DNA of 64,000 nucleotides from Myxococcota bacterium (GTDB lineage Bacteria; Myxococcota_A; UBA796; JAJRTE01; JBJTQF01): NCBI GenBank assembly GCA_046075485.1, contig JBJTQF010000371.1, positions 29,217 to 93,216 of the forward strand, read 5' to 3'. Shown piece by piece: positions 19,587 to 29,465 of this stretch (position 1 is its first letter; each line of letters starts with the position of its first letter). The notes under the pieces were generated by a model. It saw only the letters and a program-made list of their open reading frames with translations, ran no database searches and was not told where the DNA came from. The position numbers and the translations under genes were made by a program.

Positions 19587-22283
19587 TTACTCGTCTGGTG
19601 TCACAAAGATGGTGTCAGCGGTGCCACTGAAGGCAGAGGCATCCATCGGCACCGCCACCAACGAGTTAGCATTGGCGACACTGGAGGCCACCATCACCGG
19701 CGCGTTGACCGAGCTTCCCAGCAGCTCAAGGGAAACCGAGTCACCAATGATCACACCCACCACATGGTCGGCCATGATGGTGGAGTCACCATTCTCGTCC
19801 ACCGAGGAGGTCACAGAGGTGCCCAGCACTTGAGCCATCATGCCGTCGCCAATGATCACCCCCACCACATGGTCGCCAATGATCACCCCCACTACATGGT
19901 CGCCAATGATCACGCCCACCACGTGAGAGCTGATCACATAACCGTTGAGGGCGTCACCAATGATCACGCCCACGACATGGGAGCTGGTGAGACTGGAATT
20001 CATGTTCTGCAAGAATGAGAGATTCTCGCTCACCCAGGTCGAAGAGGGCGCATTCACAATCGGAGAGACACCCGTCAAGTTGGTGAAGTAAATCGAAGGA
20101 TCCATCGGGACAATGGCCAAGCTGAGCACAGAGCCGTTGAGCAAGGTCACGTCCTGAGCCACTTCCGCCGTGACGCTGGAGGAGGTGCCCCACCCGAAGC
20201 TCTGCGGGGTGGAGAAGGTCACGGTCAAGGGCTGATACCCGTTCGGATTAGAAGCGGTCAAGGCATTCAAGTAGGCTTGATTGCTGGTGATGGCCACGGG
20301 AGCCCAGGCATTCAAGGGGCCCAAGGGCTTGGTGACATACTGTGTGGCAATCCAGCTCGGCATATTGTTGACACCGGGCTGAGCTTTCATCAGGATGGCA
20401 GCGCCCTGGGTCACAGGGTCGGCATTCCATGCCTTCAAGGCAGCGTAATAGCCCTCGCTCACGTAGTAGAAGCTGCGCGGCGGGAGGCTGACCTTACCAT
20501 TACCATCCACCACACGGTCCACTTGCAGACCAAAGGCAACCGGGCTGGAGGAGCTGGTTGTCACGGTGGAGACCGTGGCGACCACAGCTTGGCCCTTGTT
20601 GTTGGTGATCACGCCAAAGGTGGAGCTGCTGGTGCCGAACCAGTGACCGGCCACCAGCTTACCCTTCGCAGGCTTGCCTTCGGTGTCGATGACCTGGATC
20701 AAACCCGCCGTGGCCCACTTGCCGCCATAGACGTACAGCAGCGGCAGGACGTTGACAAAATACTGGTTCTGATTGAGGGTCTCTGGATTGTTCTCGACGT
20801 AATTTTTCGCACGCAGCGCACTGATCACCCCCATCTCTTGACGGGTCGCAAACTGAGCGGACCCCCAGATGGCGTTGGTGTGGGTTACGATGGCGGAGCG
20901 GGCCACGTCCGGGTCCGCGCCCAAAGCCAAGAGCAGGGCGGCAGTCCCCGAGACATGTGCAGCAGCCTGGGAAGTGCCCGACATCAGGTAATAGTGCAGC
21001 GCAGAAGGATTGCCTGCCTCGATGCTCTGGGCCACAATGCCATCCACCTTGCCGTCATTGTTGACGTCCAAGCTGCCATCACCACCGGGGGCGGTGACAT
21101 CGACGGAGGGCCCAAAGTTGGAGTAATTGGCGACCCACGACTTTCTGCCACTGGTCAAGCGGCTGGCACCGACGCTGATGGCTTCGACGTAGGCACTGGG
21201 ATAAGATGCGTCTGAGGCGGCTTCGTTGCCAGCAGCCACCACCACCACACAGTTGTTGTCGAAGGCCGTCTGCATGGCGGCGCTCATGGCGCTGCCCGGG
21301 ATATAACCATAGGGGAAGGACAAGCTCATGTTGAGGATGTCAGCGCCGTTGCTGGTCGCAAACAGAATGGCGTCCACCAAGTCCAGCTCGTTGCCCGCAT
21401 TTCCTCCGTCGAGCACCCGCACCGGCATGATGCCCACACCCGGGGAAACCCCAAAACTTCCACCATTGGCGGCAATGATGTTGGCAATGTGGGTGCCGTG
21501 GCCGCTGAGGTCGTTGGCATGGGTGTCGTCTCCTACGAAGTCATAACCCGCCGCCACCGGAGAGCCCGCCAAGTCCGGACTGGCCACATATGTATGGGTC
21601 GAGGTTGTATAGTTTTCGTAAGCGACACCGGAATCGATGACGGCCACGGTGACGGTTGCCAGAGCAGGCATGTCAATATCGTCGCCGAACCACCGATAGT
21701 TCCAGCCGATCTGGTCCAGATTCCACTGATAGGCGCGATAGGTGGCAGTTCCATCGGCCAGCGAAGCGGCTCGTACCACCCCTTCCGGCTGGCTGGCTTC
21801 AATCACCCGCTGCTCTTTCAGCGTCGCCAGAAAAACGTCCAACGAGCCCCCTTCGGGAACACTGACGCGCCAATATCCACTCGGGCTCTTTCGCAATACT
21901 CTTGAGCCAATCGAGGCCAGCCATGCTTCGGCTTCGGCTTCAGCTCGTGGCTTCACCAGGGCCACACCGTCACGCACTTCGACGTTCCGCCCATTCAGCT
22001 CCAGGGTGCGGGTGGCCAAACTGCTCACCTGCACCGAGTCTGTCTCTCTCAGTGACGCCTCATCCATGCCGGGGCCTTCACGCTCATCCAGCGTAAGATC
22101 CACTCGCTCATGGAGGGTGCCCACCGAGGTCGTCGTTGCCGAGGGCCAGAGCCACATACCGGCCAATGCCAGAGCACCCGCTCCAGCCATCCAACGTGCG
22201 CGAGAGGTCCAATCTCGCTGCCCATCGCTTTTTTCGTGATATCGGGTCACCTTGCTCCAAATGCTTCGCGTGACTTTGCCCAT
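19587..22283 (-). CDS. S8 (subtilase) serine protease with N-terminal anchor, propeptide and repeat-bearing C-terminal tail
   Basis: Catalytic triad VAVIDSG / GHGTHIA / GTSQAAAH; oxyanion-hole motif AAGN; AGGAGG RBS. Confidence 0.92.
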   Translation of the reverse strand: MGKVTRSIWSKVTRYHEKSDGQRDWTSRARWMAGAGALALAGMWLWPSATTTSVGTLHERVDLTLDEREGPGMDEASLRETDSVQVSSLATRTLELNGRNVEVRDGVALVKPRAEAEAEAWLASIGSRVLRKSPSGYWRVSVPEGGSLDVFLATLKEQRVIEASQPEGVVRAASLADGTATYRAYQWNLDQIGWNYRWFGDDIDMPALATVTVAVIDSGVAYENYTTSTHTYVASPDLAGSPVAAGYDFVGDDTHANDLSGHGTHIANIIAANGGSFGVSPGVGIMPVRVLDGGNAGNELDLVDAILFATSNGADILNMSLSFPYGYIPGSAMSAAMQTAFDNNCVVVVAAGNEAASDASYPSAYVEAISVGASRLTSGRKSWVANYSNFGPSVDVTAPGGDGSLDVNNDGKVDGIVAQSIEAGNPSALHYYLMSGTSQAAAHVSGTAALLLALGADPDVARSAIVTHTNAIWGSAQFATRQEMGVISALRAKNYVENNPETLNQNQYFVNVLPLLYVYGGKWATAGLIQVIDTEGKPAKGKLVAGHWFGTSSSTFGVITNNKGQAVVATVSTVTTSSSSPVAFGLQVDRVVDGNGKVSLPPRSFYYVSEGYYAALKAWNADPVTQGAAILMKAQPGVNNMPSWIATQYVTKPLGPLNAWAPVAITSNQAYLNALTASNPNGYQPLTVTFSTPQSFGWGTSSSVTAEVAQDVTLLNGSVLSLAIVPMDPSIYFTNLTGVSPIVNAPSSTWVSENLSFLQNMNSSLTSSHVVGVIIGDALNGYVISSHVVGVIIGDHVVGVIIGDHVVGVIIGDGMMAQVLGTSVTSSVDENGDSTIMADHVVGVIIGDSVSLELLGSSVNAPVMVASSVANANSLVAVPMDASAFSGTADTIFVTPDE
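19740..19979 (-). repeat. Five 27-bp coding repeats, each encoding HVVGVIIGD
   Basis: Copies at 19953-19979, 19899-19925, 19872-19898, 19845-19871 and 19740-19766; they differ only at synonymous positions. Confidence 0.95.
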
Positions 22284-22445
22284 GCCCGACCTCCTGTTTT
22301 GAGAACTTACATCCCCACATGAAGCTCCCTCTGTTCTTTTGCCTGATTCAGAAGCCTCTCATAGCGTCTGCTCGATAGCCTCTCTCTTTATACGTGACAA
22401 TATAAACGCACCGACCACCTCACAGGAAAATCCCTGTCCATGTTG

Positions 22446-25400
22446 TTATGTCTCAATGGAAGACTCAAGCTGCTCCCAGGCTTCCTGAATGGCGCGATGT
22501 TCAGGAACGCCTAAGAGCATCTGGCGACGAAGGGATTGATCTTCGATTTTGGAGATGCGCTGAAGCAGCTCTTCGCGTGCTTCCTGCAACAACCGAATGC
22601 TGAGATCAAACCTTGCCTCTACAAACACACGAGATAATTTATACTTAATATTATATACACTTTCCAACTTTTCACTATCTTTTTCAAGCTCCTCAAGCGC
22701 CGTGATTGCCATTTGAATTGCCTCATCATGTCGCCCCAACAGGGCCAGCACTTCTGCTCGGCAAGCCTGCAATCCATAGCGGTGAGGGCTCAAAACCAAG
22801 GCACGCTCCACCGCCAACAATGCGTCCTGAAAATGCCCTTCTCTCAGCTCGAGGTCTGCCAATCCCTCATGGAGTTCTTCCAAACTTTGTGCGAATCCTC
22901 CCACTTCGGCCAAGGTAATCCCCTGCTGAAGCCGCTCGCGTGCTTCCTCCAAGCGTCCTTGCGCCAACAGCGTGCGTGCTAAGCCGTGATGGGCTGCCAC
23001 TTCGTAATACTTGAGTTCCGCCTGATGTGAAAGTTGAATGGCCTGAAGACAACACTGCTGAGAGCGAGCATAATCTCCCATGCTATGGGCCGCAAAACCG
23101 ATATTGTTCAGCAACACAATCTCATCGGCGCGATCTCCGAGCTGCCGTTTGAGATGCATGGCCCGCTCCCAGATGCGAACGGCCACGTCAAGCTGACCGT
23201 CATAAAACTCAAGGGCTCCAATATTCACCAAGATGGAGCTGACTTGCCCAATGTCTCCCCGAAGCTGGGCTTGCTGGAAGGCTTCATTGAGCCGCTGTCG
23301 CCCTTCAGTTGAACGCCCCAAACGGGAAAGAATGAACCCAACATTTGCAAGATCTCCGGTCAATTCTTGAAGATTATTCGTCTTACGCGCCAGCACCAGG
23401 GCTTGTTCAGCCACTTGGAGGGCCTTCTCCAGGTTGTTTTGCATGGTGTGCAGGCGACAGATCGGACGTAGGGTCCGTGCCGCTCTCTGTTCGTCCTTTT
23501 TCGCCAGCGCAATGTTCAAGGAACGCTCCAACAAAGCCAAACCTCGGGGAACTTCTCCCGAGCGGGAGAGAAGGCTGCCCTCCGCCCGCAGCACATCACA
23601 CAGATAGAGGTCGTCGTCAAGCTCTCGAACCACTTCTTTCCAGCGGCTGATCACTTCTCGCTGGCGCTCTCGGTCGGTGAGCAGGTTCAGCACCGCCACT
23701 TGGGCGTCGAGGATCTCGATGAGCTCGGTACGACTCCCAGTAAGCTGACAGATCTGCTCGGCAGCATGGTAAAACTCGTAGGCTTCACGATTTTGACCTC
23801 GCGCCCGGGAGATATCACCCGCTTCTCGCAGGTAGAGACGCTGTTTGTCGGTGCGGGTGGTCCGCCGATAGTGCTCCGCCAAGGCGAGGACCAAGCTGGC
23901 CCGGTTGTTTTCGGTCAGCCGACGCTCGAGGGCCGCGCCCACCGCTTCATGCAGATTGCGCCGGATCGAGGCCGGAATGGTCTCGTAGATGGTGTCTCGA
24001 ATCAGCGCATGCTTAAAGAAAAAGGGCTGATCGGGATCCCGTGAGGTCTGGTGGGAAAGCACCCCCTCCAGCTCACTCATGCCACCTTGAGCCACGTCTT
24101 GACGCACGATGTCCAGCCCTTCAACACGCTCGAGCCGGGCCATCAAGACGGTGAAGTCAAAGGGTACCGGATACACCTCTCGCAACAAGGAGAGAGAGAA
24201 TGTTCGACCGATCACACTGGCTGTTTTAAGAGTTAGCTGCGCGCCTTCGTCCAGCCGCGCGACTCGGGCCAGGATCACTTCCCGCAGGTTACGCGGAATC
24301 ACCGACAGCACATCCGGGGCCAGCCGAGCGGTCCCGTCTTGCTCAAGCTGGATCCACTCGGCATCTCGCATGAGCAGGGTCAATTCTTCCAGCAGAAGCG
24401 GAAGCCCCTCGGCTCGTTCGATCAGCAGGCTCTCCAGCTCCGCCGCCAGATGCCGCGCACCCAGATGACGACAGGCCAGGTGAATCATGGCTTCACGCGA
24501 CATACCACTGACTTCGATCTCGGTGATGCCTGGGATCGACTCGAGCAGGTTGAGGATCTCCCGCTGTCCGGGCTCTTCGTCTCGACGGCTGATCAGCAAA
24601 AAGCAGGGCAGGTTGGAGAGGTTTCGGGCCAAATAACGCAGGAGTCCCACCGAGGCTTCATCCATCCAGTGGGCGTCTTCAAACAGGATGCTCACCGGTT
24701 GGCGCAGATGAGCCCGCTGAAACATCTCGAGCACCAAGGAATGCAGGGCATTACGACGCTGACGGGTGTCCAGGCTCTCCGTGGTGGGATTTTCGGGGAT
24801 TCGCACGCCCGTGACCATGCTCAACAAGGGAAGGCGAGGCATCAGGTCGGCACCCAAGGAGCTCACCCGCTCTTGAATCCGCTGGATCAGCTCTGCCGGG
24901 CGCAGCTTGGGCTCTAGATCCAGCCAGTCGCGAAAGACCGGCACCCAGGCATGATAGGGCGCGTTGCGGATGAGCGCACTGCACTCTCCTCGATACACCG
25001 CCACCCGGCGCGTCTCCTGAAGGAACGTCCCGATGGCCAGCAGCAAGGCAGACTTGCCAATGCCTGGCGCTCCCACCAGGGTCACCGCTCGCCCTTGTCC
25101 AGCCAAGGCTTCGTCGGCTTGCTCACGCAGACGAGACATCACCCCTTCGCGTCCGACGATGGCCCCTCGGGAGCGGCTGGTCAAGCGGGTGCCATAAGCG
25201 CCCTCACCATACAACACACGGGAGGTCACCAAGTCATGCTCTGCACCGGAAGCAGCCACAGGAGGCGGACCCCAGTCAAAACCAAAGCCCGAGCGTGAGA
25301 CCGTCATCCGCTCCGCCACCGCTTCCCACGGTCCCGCATGTTGAGCCAGCCGACGCGCCAGCGCCACCCGTGAGCCACTTGCCACAAGGGCAGGCACCGC

Positions 25401-26432
25401 GCTGTGAGCCAAGGGCACAAAGAGCGCATTACCGGTTGCCACACCGATGCGCTGGTTGGAGAGCGAAGGCAGATCACGCGCCACACGCTGAAGTGAGAGG
25501 GCGGTGCGGAGGGTTCGGGCTTCGACATCCGCCATGCTCTTGGATGTATCAAAGACCAGCTCAGCCAAAGTTATCTGTCCCACCGAGAGGCGAATGAGTC
25601 GGCCTCCTTGCTCCCGCATGAGCGCGAGAGAGCGCTGATACCACAGGTTGAGGGCCACCAAGCCATTGGCGGAGTAGGGATCCAAGCCGATGCTCTGAAT
25701 AGAGAGAAAACAAGCCCGCTGTATACCACTGAGCGGTTGCGCCTCCCTCCGACGCGGCTCCAAGAGGGTCAAAGGAGAGAGAAGTGCTTCGACCTCCACC
25801 GAGGGATGAAGGGCATCCAATCGACACACCACGGGCGTCGGCAGAGGGGGGGTTGTCAATGCCACTTCGGAGTCAATGCGTCCGCCTGCTGACGGATGGA
25901 TCAGCACCTCAAGCTGAGCGGCTTGCTCGGAAGCGCGGCTGGCTTCATCCAGAGCAGCGCCGGTAAAGACGAGCTGAGCACCCACCTCTCCGGTTCCCAA
26001 GATGAAGCCGTGGAGGATGCCCGATGCCACCCCAAACTGGAGCTTCACGGCCTTGCCAAAAACCGTAGGCAAGGCTTCTGACCAGCGCTGACCGGCCGCT
26101 CGCAGCTCGAGACTGGTCTGGAGGGCCCGCATCACACTCTCTCGTAAGGAGAGCTCATCCCGAAAGTAATACGTTACCCCTCGCCCGTTGAGCTCCAAGA
26201 CGATCCCACCAAATCGTTCGGCACGCTCGACGAGCTGTTGCTCCAGATGCTGGAAGCCCTCACGATAGGTCTGCGTGGCCGCCGGATCTCCTTCGAGATT
26301 GGCAAGTGCCTCATCCATGCCTTCCCAGCGCAGGACCAAGACGGTCCCCTGGAAAGGCTGAACGCGACGCTCGGACTCCAGTTGAAGGCGCAGCGGCTGA
26401 AAAATAGCAGACACCGAGTGACGTTCCGACAT
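22446..26432 (-). CDS. STAND-type AAA ATPase with degenerate class III cyclase-like domains and C-terminal TPRs
   Basis: IVGRE, Walker A GAPGIGKS, Walker B ILFEDAHWMD, GLPLLLEE, ASVIGR.F and FKHALIRD..Y motifs; TPR helices. Confidence 0.88.
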   Translation of the reverse strand: MSERHSVSAIFQPLRLQLESERRVQPFQGTVLVLRWEGMDEALANLEGDPAATQTYREGFQHLEQQLVERAERFGGIVLELNGRGVTYYFRDELSLRESVMRALQTSLELRAAGQRWSEALPTVFGKAVKLQFGVASGILHGFILGTGEVGAQLVFTGAALDEASRASEQAAQLEVLIHPSAGGRIDSEVALTTPPLPTPVVCRLDALHPSVEVEALLSPLTLLEPRRREAQPLSGIQRACFLSIQSIGLDPYSANGLVALNLWYQRSLALMREQGGRLIRLSVGQITLAELVFDTSKSMADVEARTLRTALSLQRVARDLPSLSNQRIGVATGNALFVPLAHSAVPALVASGSRVALARRLAQHAGPWEAVAERMTVSRSGFGFDWGPPPVAASGAEHDLVTSRVLYGEGAYGTRLTSRSRGAIVGREGVMSRLREQADEALAGQGRAVTLVGAPGIGKSALLLAIGTFLQETRRVAVYRGECSALIRNAPYHAWVPVFRDWLDLEPKLRPAELIQRIQERVSSLGADLMPRLPLLSMVTGVRIPENPTTESLDTRQRRNALHSLVLEMFQRAHLRQPVSILFEDAHWMDEASVGLLRYLARNLSNLPCFLLISRRDEEPGQREILNLLESIPGITEIEVSGMSREAMIHLACRHLGARHLAAELESLLIERAEGLPLLLEELTLLMRDAEWIQLEQDGTARLAPDVLSVIPRNLREVILARVARLDEGAQLTLKTASVIGRTFSLSLLREVYPVPFDFTVLMARLERVEGLDIVRQDVAQGGMSELEGVLSHQTSRDPDQPFFFKHALIRDTIYETIPASIRRNLHEAVGAALERRLTENNRASLVLALAEHYRRTTRTDKQRLYLREAGDISRARGQNREAYEFYHAAEQICQLTGSRTELIEILDAQVAVLNLLTDRERQREVISRWKEVVRELDDDLYLCDVLRAEGSLLSRSGEVPRGLALLERSLNIALAKKDEQRAARTLRPICRLHTMQNNLEKALQVAEQALVLARKTNNLQELTGDLANVGFILSRLGRSTEGRQRLNEAFQQAQLRGDIGQVSSILVNIGALEFYDGQLDVAVRIWERAMHLKRQLGDRADEIVLLNNIGFAAHSMGDYARSQQCCLQAIQLSHQAELKYYEVAAHHGLARTLLAQGRLEEARERLQQGITLAEVGGFAQSLEELHEGLADLELREGHFQDALLAVERALVLSPHRYGLQACRAEVLALLGRHDEAIQMAITALEELEKDSEKLESVYNIKYKLSRVFVEARFDLSIRLLQEAREELLQRISKIEDQSLRRQMLLGVPEHRAIQEAWEQLESSIET

Positions 26433-26755
26433 GCGTAAATGCTCCGTTGGAGGAAAACCGGACTGGTAGGGTGTCAGCCCTCATGAGGGAAGACTGACGG
26501 TGGATATTCCGATGATATTGAACAGTTCAGGCTGGTCATCGGCGCTCAAAGTGCTGAAATTTTAACGCACCCTTCACCAGAGGTACAAGTGCTTTTGGAT
26601 GACTTTGAGCTGAGAAATGCCCAGAACGACATGAGAAAGAAATGGCAGGAAAGGCGAGGAGCCGCTCAGGACGGGCTGGCGAGGGGGGAGCGTGGGAAAA
26701 AAGAGGAGGTCATTGAGCACTCGGTGATGCGCTCAATTCTGCGCAATCCGCAAAT

Positions 26756-28303
26756 TCACGGTGAATACGTGTAGTTACCGAGTGTGAAGTTGATGTCGAG
26801 TATCACCACATTGTCTTGCACTTCAATGGGTGCCAGGGTCGAGCCGTTCTGAGTATAAGCACCCACCACATCCTGCGGGCCCGGTCCCTCTCCGTTGGAG
26901 TCTCCATTCACATCCAACATGCCCAACACGTAGTAGGTACCTGGATCCAGCTCCATGAAGCTGTAGACCAGCGGGAAGAGCGGATTAAAGACCTGGAGGC
27001 GAAGCGGCCCATCGGTCATATCGGGATCGTCAAAGAGGGCAATCACCACCTGATCGGCGGGGGTGACCGTCCCGGAATAGCTGATGGTGCCCGCAAGACC
27101 GGTATCATACACCGGCTGCACAAGCTGGATGCCGATCCCCCCCAAGCTGGAGCCTCCCACCGACACCGTGGCGCTTCCATTGGCGTCAAAGGTGGGATCC
27201 AAGACCCCATCCCCATTGCTGTCCGTGATGGCCCTGACCAGCACGGAGCCCAACCCTCCCGGCGTGCGGAAGGTAAAGTTGCCAGGTGCGCTCAGCTCGG
27301 CACTGCCCAACACCGTCGAAGTGCCCTCGACCATCGCGGTGAGGTAGATGGGCGTGCCAGCATAGGTGTCATGGGCCGCCACAGAGCCCGACAAGCTCAC
27401 GTAGGAGATCGGACGGGGCAAACCACTCGGCCCCACCCCTTCGATCAGGATGTTGATGTTGCTGCCCCCCAGCTCGGAGAGTGGATAGGGGTTATCCTCT
27501 GCCAGTCCAGCCGGATCGCAGGGCTCATAGAGGCCGTTGCCATCCAAATCGGCGTAGGCGACCAACGCGGTGGTATCGGTACACACGTTGACAGAGACGC
27601 CAAACTCACCGCTGCCGTCCCGCTCCTGCTTTCCAAGAATTTTCCCCGAGTAGTCTCCTCGGAAGCCCACCACGGCAATCGAGACACCCGCGCCGGAGGG
27701 GTTGTCGTAGAGCACGTTGCCTGCAAAGAGTCCTGCGCCGCCACATCCACCTCCTCCGGTGGGACGTGCCGCCAAGTCGAGCACCACATCCACCTCTTCG
27801 ATGGGATCGGCTCCGACGGAAACAGGGGAGTCCAGAGACTCACGCTGGAGATCATATCCGGTGATGATCTCATCGGCGTCGATGTCGGCCACTGCCACGA
27901 CAAAGAGCGGGCCGCTGTCGGCGGGAACCTCTAAAGAATAAAATCCGGGGGCATCGAGGGTGGCTTTTCCGAGGGGGTAACGGATGTCAGCGGGGTCCGA
28001 CACCGCGTACACTACGATCTTGCCAGAACGGGCACTGAAGGTTGCCGAATCGAGGGCAACGCCCGAATCACGATCCACCGCCGTCACGGTGCCAGAGATG
28101 CTGGTGCGAGGTGGCAAGGGGGTGGACGTGGGATCGGCAGGTGTCGCGGTGGGCTCCGGGGTGGGGCTCGACACCGGGGTGGGGGTGGGGGTATCGTCAT
28201 CATCTCCGGTGGTGCAGCCCATGCTGAATCCGCTCAACGAGAGGGTCAGCAATGTGGCCATCGATCCGTACAGAGTGATGTTGGAGCGGCGTTTGGATGG
28301 CAT
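26756..28303 (-). CDS. Lipoprotein with four repeated beta-sandwich domains and DxDxDG-type loops
   Basis: SMGC lipobox followed by TTGDDDD and a PT linker; four modules each begin near ISG.V/LAG.I and carry DIDADE, DLDGNG, DSNGDG or DVNGDS. Confidence 0.75.
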   Translation of the reverse strand: MPSKRRSNITLYGSMATLLTLSLSGFSMGCTTGDDDDTPTPTPVSSPTPEPTATPADPTSTPLPPRTSISGTVTAVDRDSGVALDSATFSARSGKIVVYAVSDPADIRYPLGKATLDAPGFYSLEVPADSGPLFVVAVADIDADEIITGYDLQRESLDSPVSVGADPIEEVDVVLDLAARPTGGGGCGGAGLFAGNVLYDNPSGAGVSIAVVGFRGDYSGKILGKQERDGSGEFGVSVNVCTDTTALVAYADLDGNGLYEPCDPAGLAEDNPYPLSELGGSNINILIEGVGPSGLPRPISYVSLSGSVAAHDTYAGTPIYLTAMVEGTSTVLGSAELSAPGNFTFRTPGGLGSVLVRAITDSNGDGVLDPTFDANGSATVSVGGSSLGGIGIQLVQPVYDTGLAGTISYSGTVTPADQVVIALFDDPDMTDGPLRLQVFNPLFPLVYSFMELDPGTYYVLGMLDVNGDSNGEGPGPQDVVGAYTQNGSTLAPIEVQDNVVILDINFTLGNYTYSP

Positions 28304-28496
28304 GAGGATCCTCCATAAAATATTGCCAAATAAAGATGATTCTTCCAAGTCTTTTTATCCTATCAAAAATCACTTGCCTTTACATACTATTTTATCAACT
28401 TCTCTCACTTGGCTCAGAATCCACCTGGCCCTCACGCTCTGAAGTGGATCTCTGCTCCATTTTCAGGTAGGAATAAGCTTTTTTTGAGCCCCCCTC

Positions 28497-29453
28497 ATGA
28501 GGATTTCCATGCACGCTTTTAAGAGACCGGTCCTACCGGAAGACTTGGGACAATCGACCCCTTCGTTGATCCATTGGCTCAAGCATTGTCTTCCTGAGCT
28601 CTCTGGCAACGCCGTCAAGAAGCTGATCGAGACCGGCAAGATCCAAGTAGATGGCAAGACTATCACACACCCCGTGACACCGCTCAAGGTGGGCCAAGAG
28701 GTGGCTTGTGTGCCTCAAGCGCCCCGCGCTGACAAGCAACATCTTCAGGGCCCGAAGCTCTATCACCTCGACAGCATGGTGGTGGTGGCCGAAAAACCCA
28801 CCGGGCTGCTGACCCTGCCCTTTGAGGAAGAGCGGGTGGCACTGCTCACGGAGGTCATGCGGGTCATCCCCAAGATCGAAAAAGCGGGGCGTATTTTTCC
28901 CTTACGGGGTGTACATCGGCTGGACAAGGAGTCTTCCGGGCTGGTGGTCTTTGCCCGCCACGTCAAAGCGCAGCAGCAGCTTCAGGCTCAGTTTGAAGCT
29001 CATACGGTGGAGCGGGCGTATCTGGCGCTGGTTCACGGGGAGGTTGCCTTTGATGGCCGCGTGCGTCATCAATCCGTTTTGGTGCCGGATCGAGGGGATG
29101 GCCTTAAGGGATCGGCCCATTCTCCCGAACAGATCGGCAAACATGCCGTGACTTACCTGGAGGTGCTCGAGCGCTTGCCAGGTGCCACACTGTTGCGCTG
29201 TGAGCTGGAGACGGGTCGCACCCATCAGATCCGCATCCACTGCGCGGAGCTGGGCCATCCGCTGGTCGGTGAGCCGGTGTATATCCGCGACTTTCGAGGA
29301 AAGCTCCTGGATGCACCCCGCATGATGTTACATGCGACCACGCTGGGATTTGACCATCCTGCCTCGGGGGAGCGTCTGCGCTTTGTCAGCCCTCCCCCCG
29401 CTCTGTTTGAGAGTGTGCTCCAGCGGCTTCGGAAGTTGGCCCGCTCAGCTTAA
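28497..29453 (+). CDS. RluA-family pseudouridine synthase with an S4 domain
   Basis: KPTGL, HRLDKESSG, ETGRTHQIR.H and MLHA..L.F.HP motifs. Confidence 0.93.
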   Translation: MRISMHAFKRPVLPEDLGQSTPSLIHWLKHCLPELSGNAVKKLIETGKIQVDGKTITHPVTPLKVGQEVACVPQAPRADKQHLQGPKLYHLDSMVVVAEKPTGLLTLPFEEERVALLTEVMRVIPKIEKAGRIFPLRGVHRLDKESSGLVVFARHVKAQQQLQAQFEAHTVERAYLALVHGEVAFDGRVRHQSVLVPDRGDGLKGSAHSPEQIGKHAVTYLEVLERLPGATLLRCELETGRTHQIRIHCAELGHPLVGEPVYIRDFRGKLLDAPRMMLHATTLGFDHPASGERLRFVSPPPALFESVLQRLRKLARSA

Positions 29454-29465
29454 CAAGGAGATTGA

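Noticed and set aside
19578-20018. Plus-strand ORF with HHMVANDHP-like repeats as a possible RiPP precursor
   Set aside because: It is the antisense reading of the HVVGVIIGD repeats; the variation is synonymous only in the minus-strand protease frame
26816-27934. 372-aa plus-strand ORF (likewise 20277-21215, 32604-33881, 34487-35452 and 41649-42995)
   Set aside because: Each lies opposite a motif-supported gene; long antisense ORFs are expected in GC-rich codon-biased DNA
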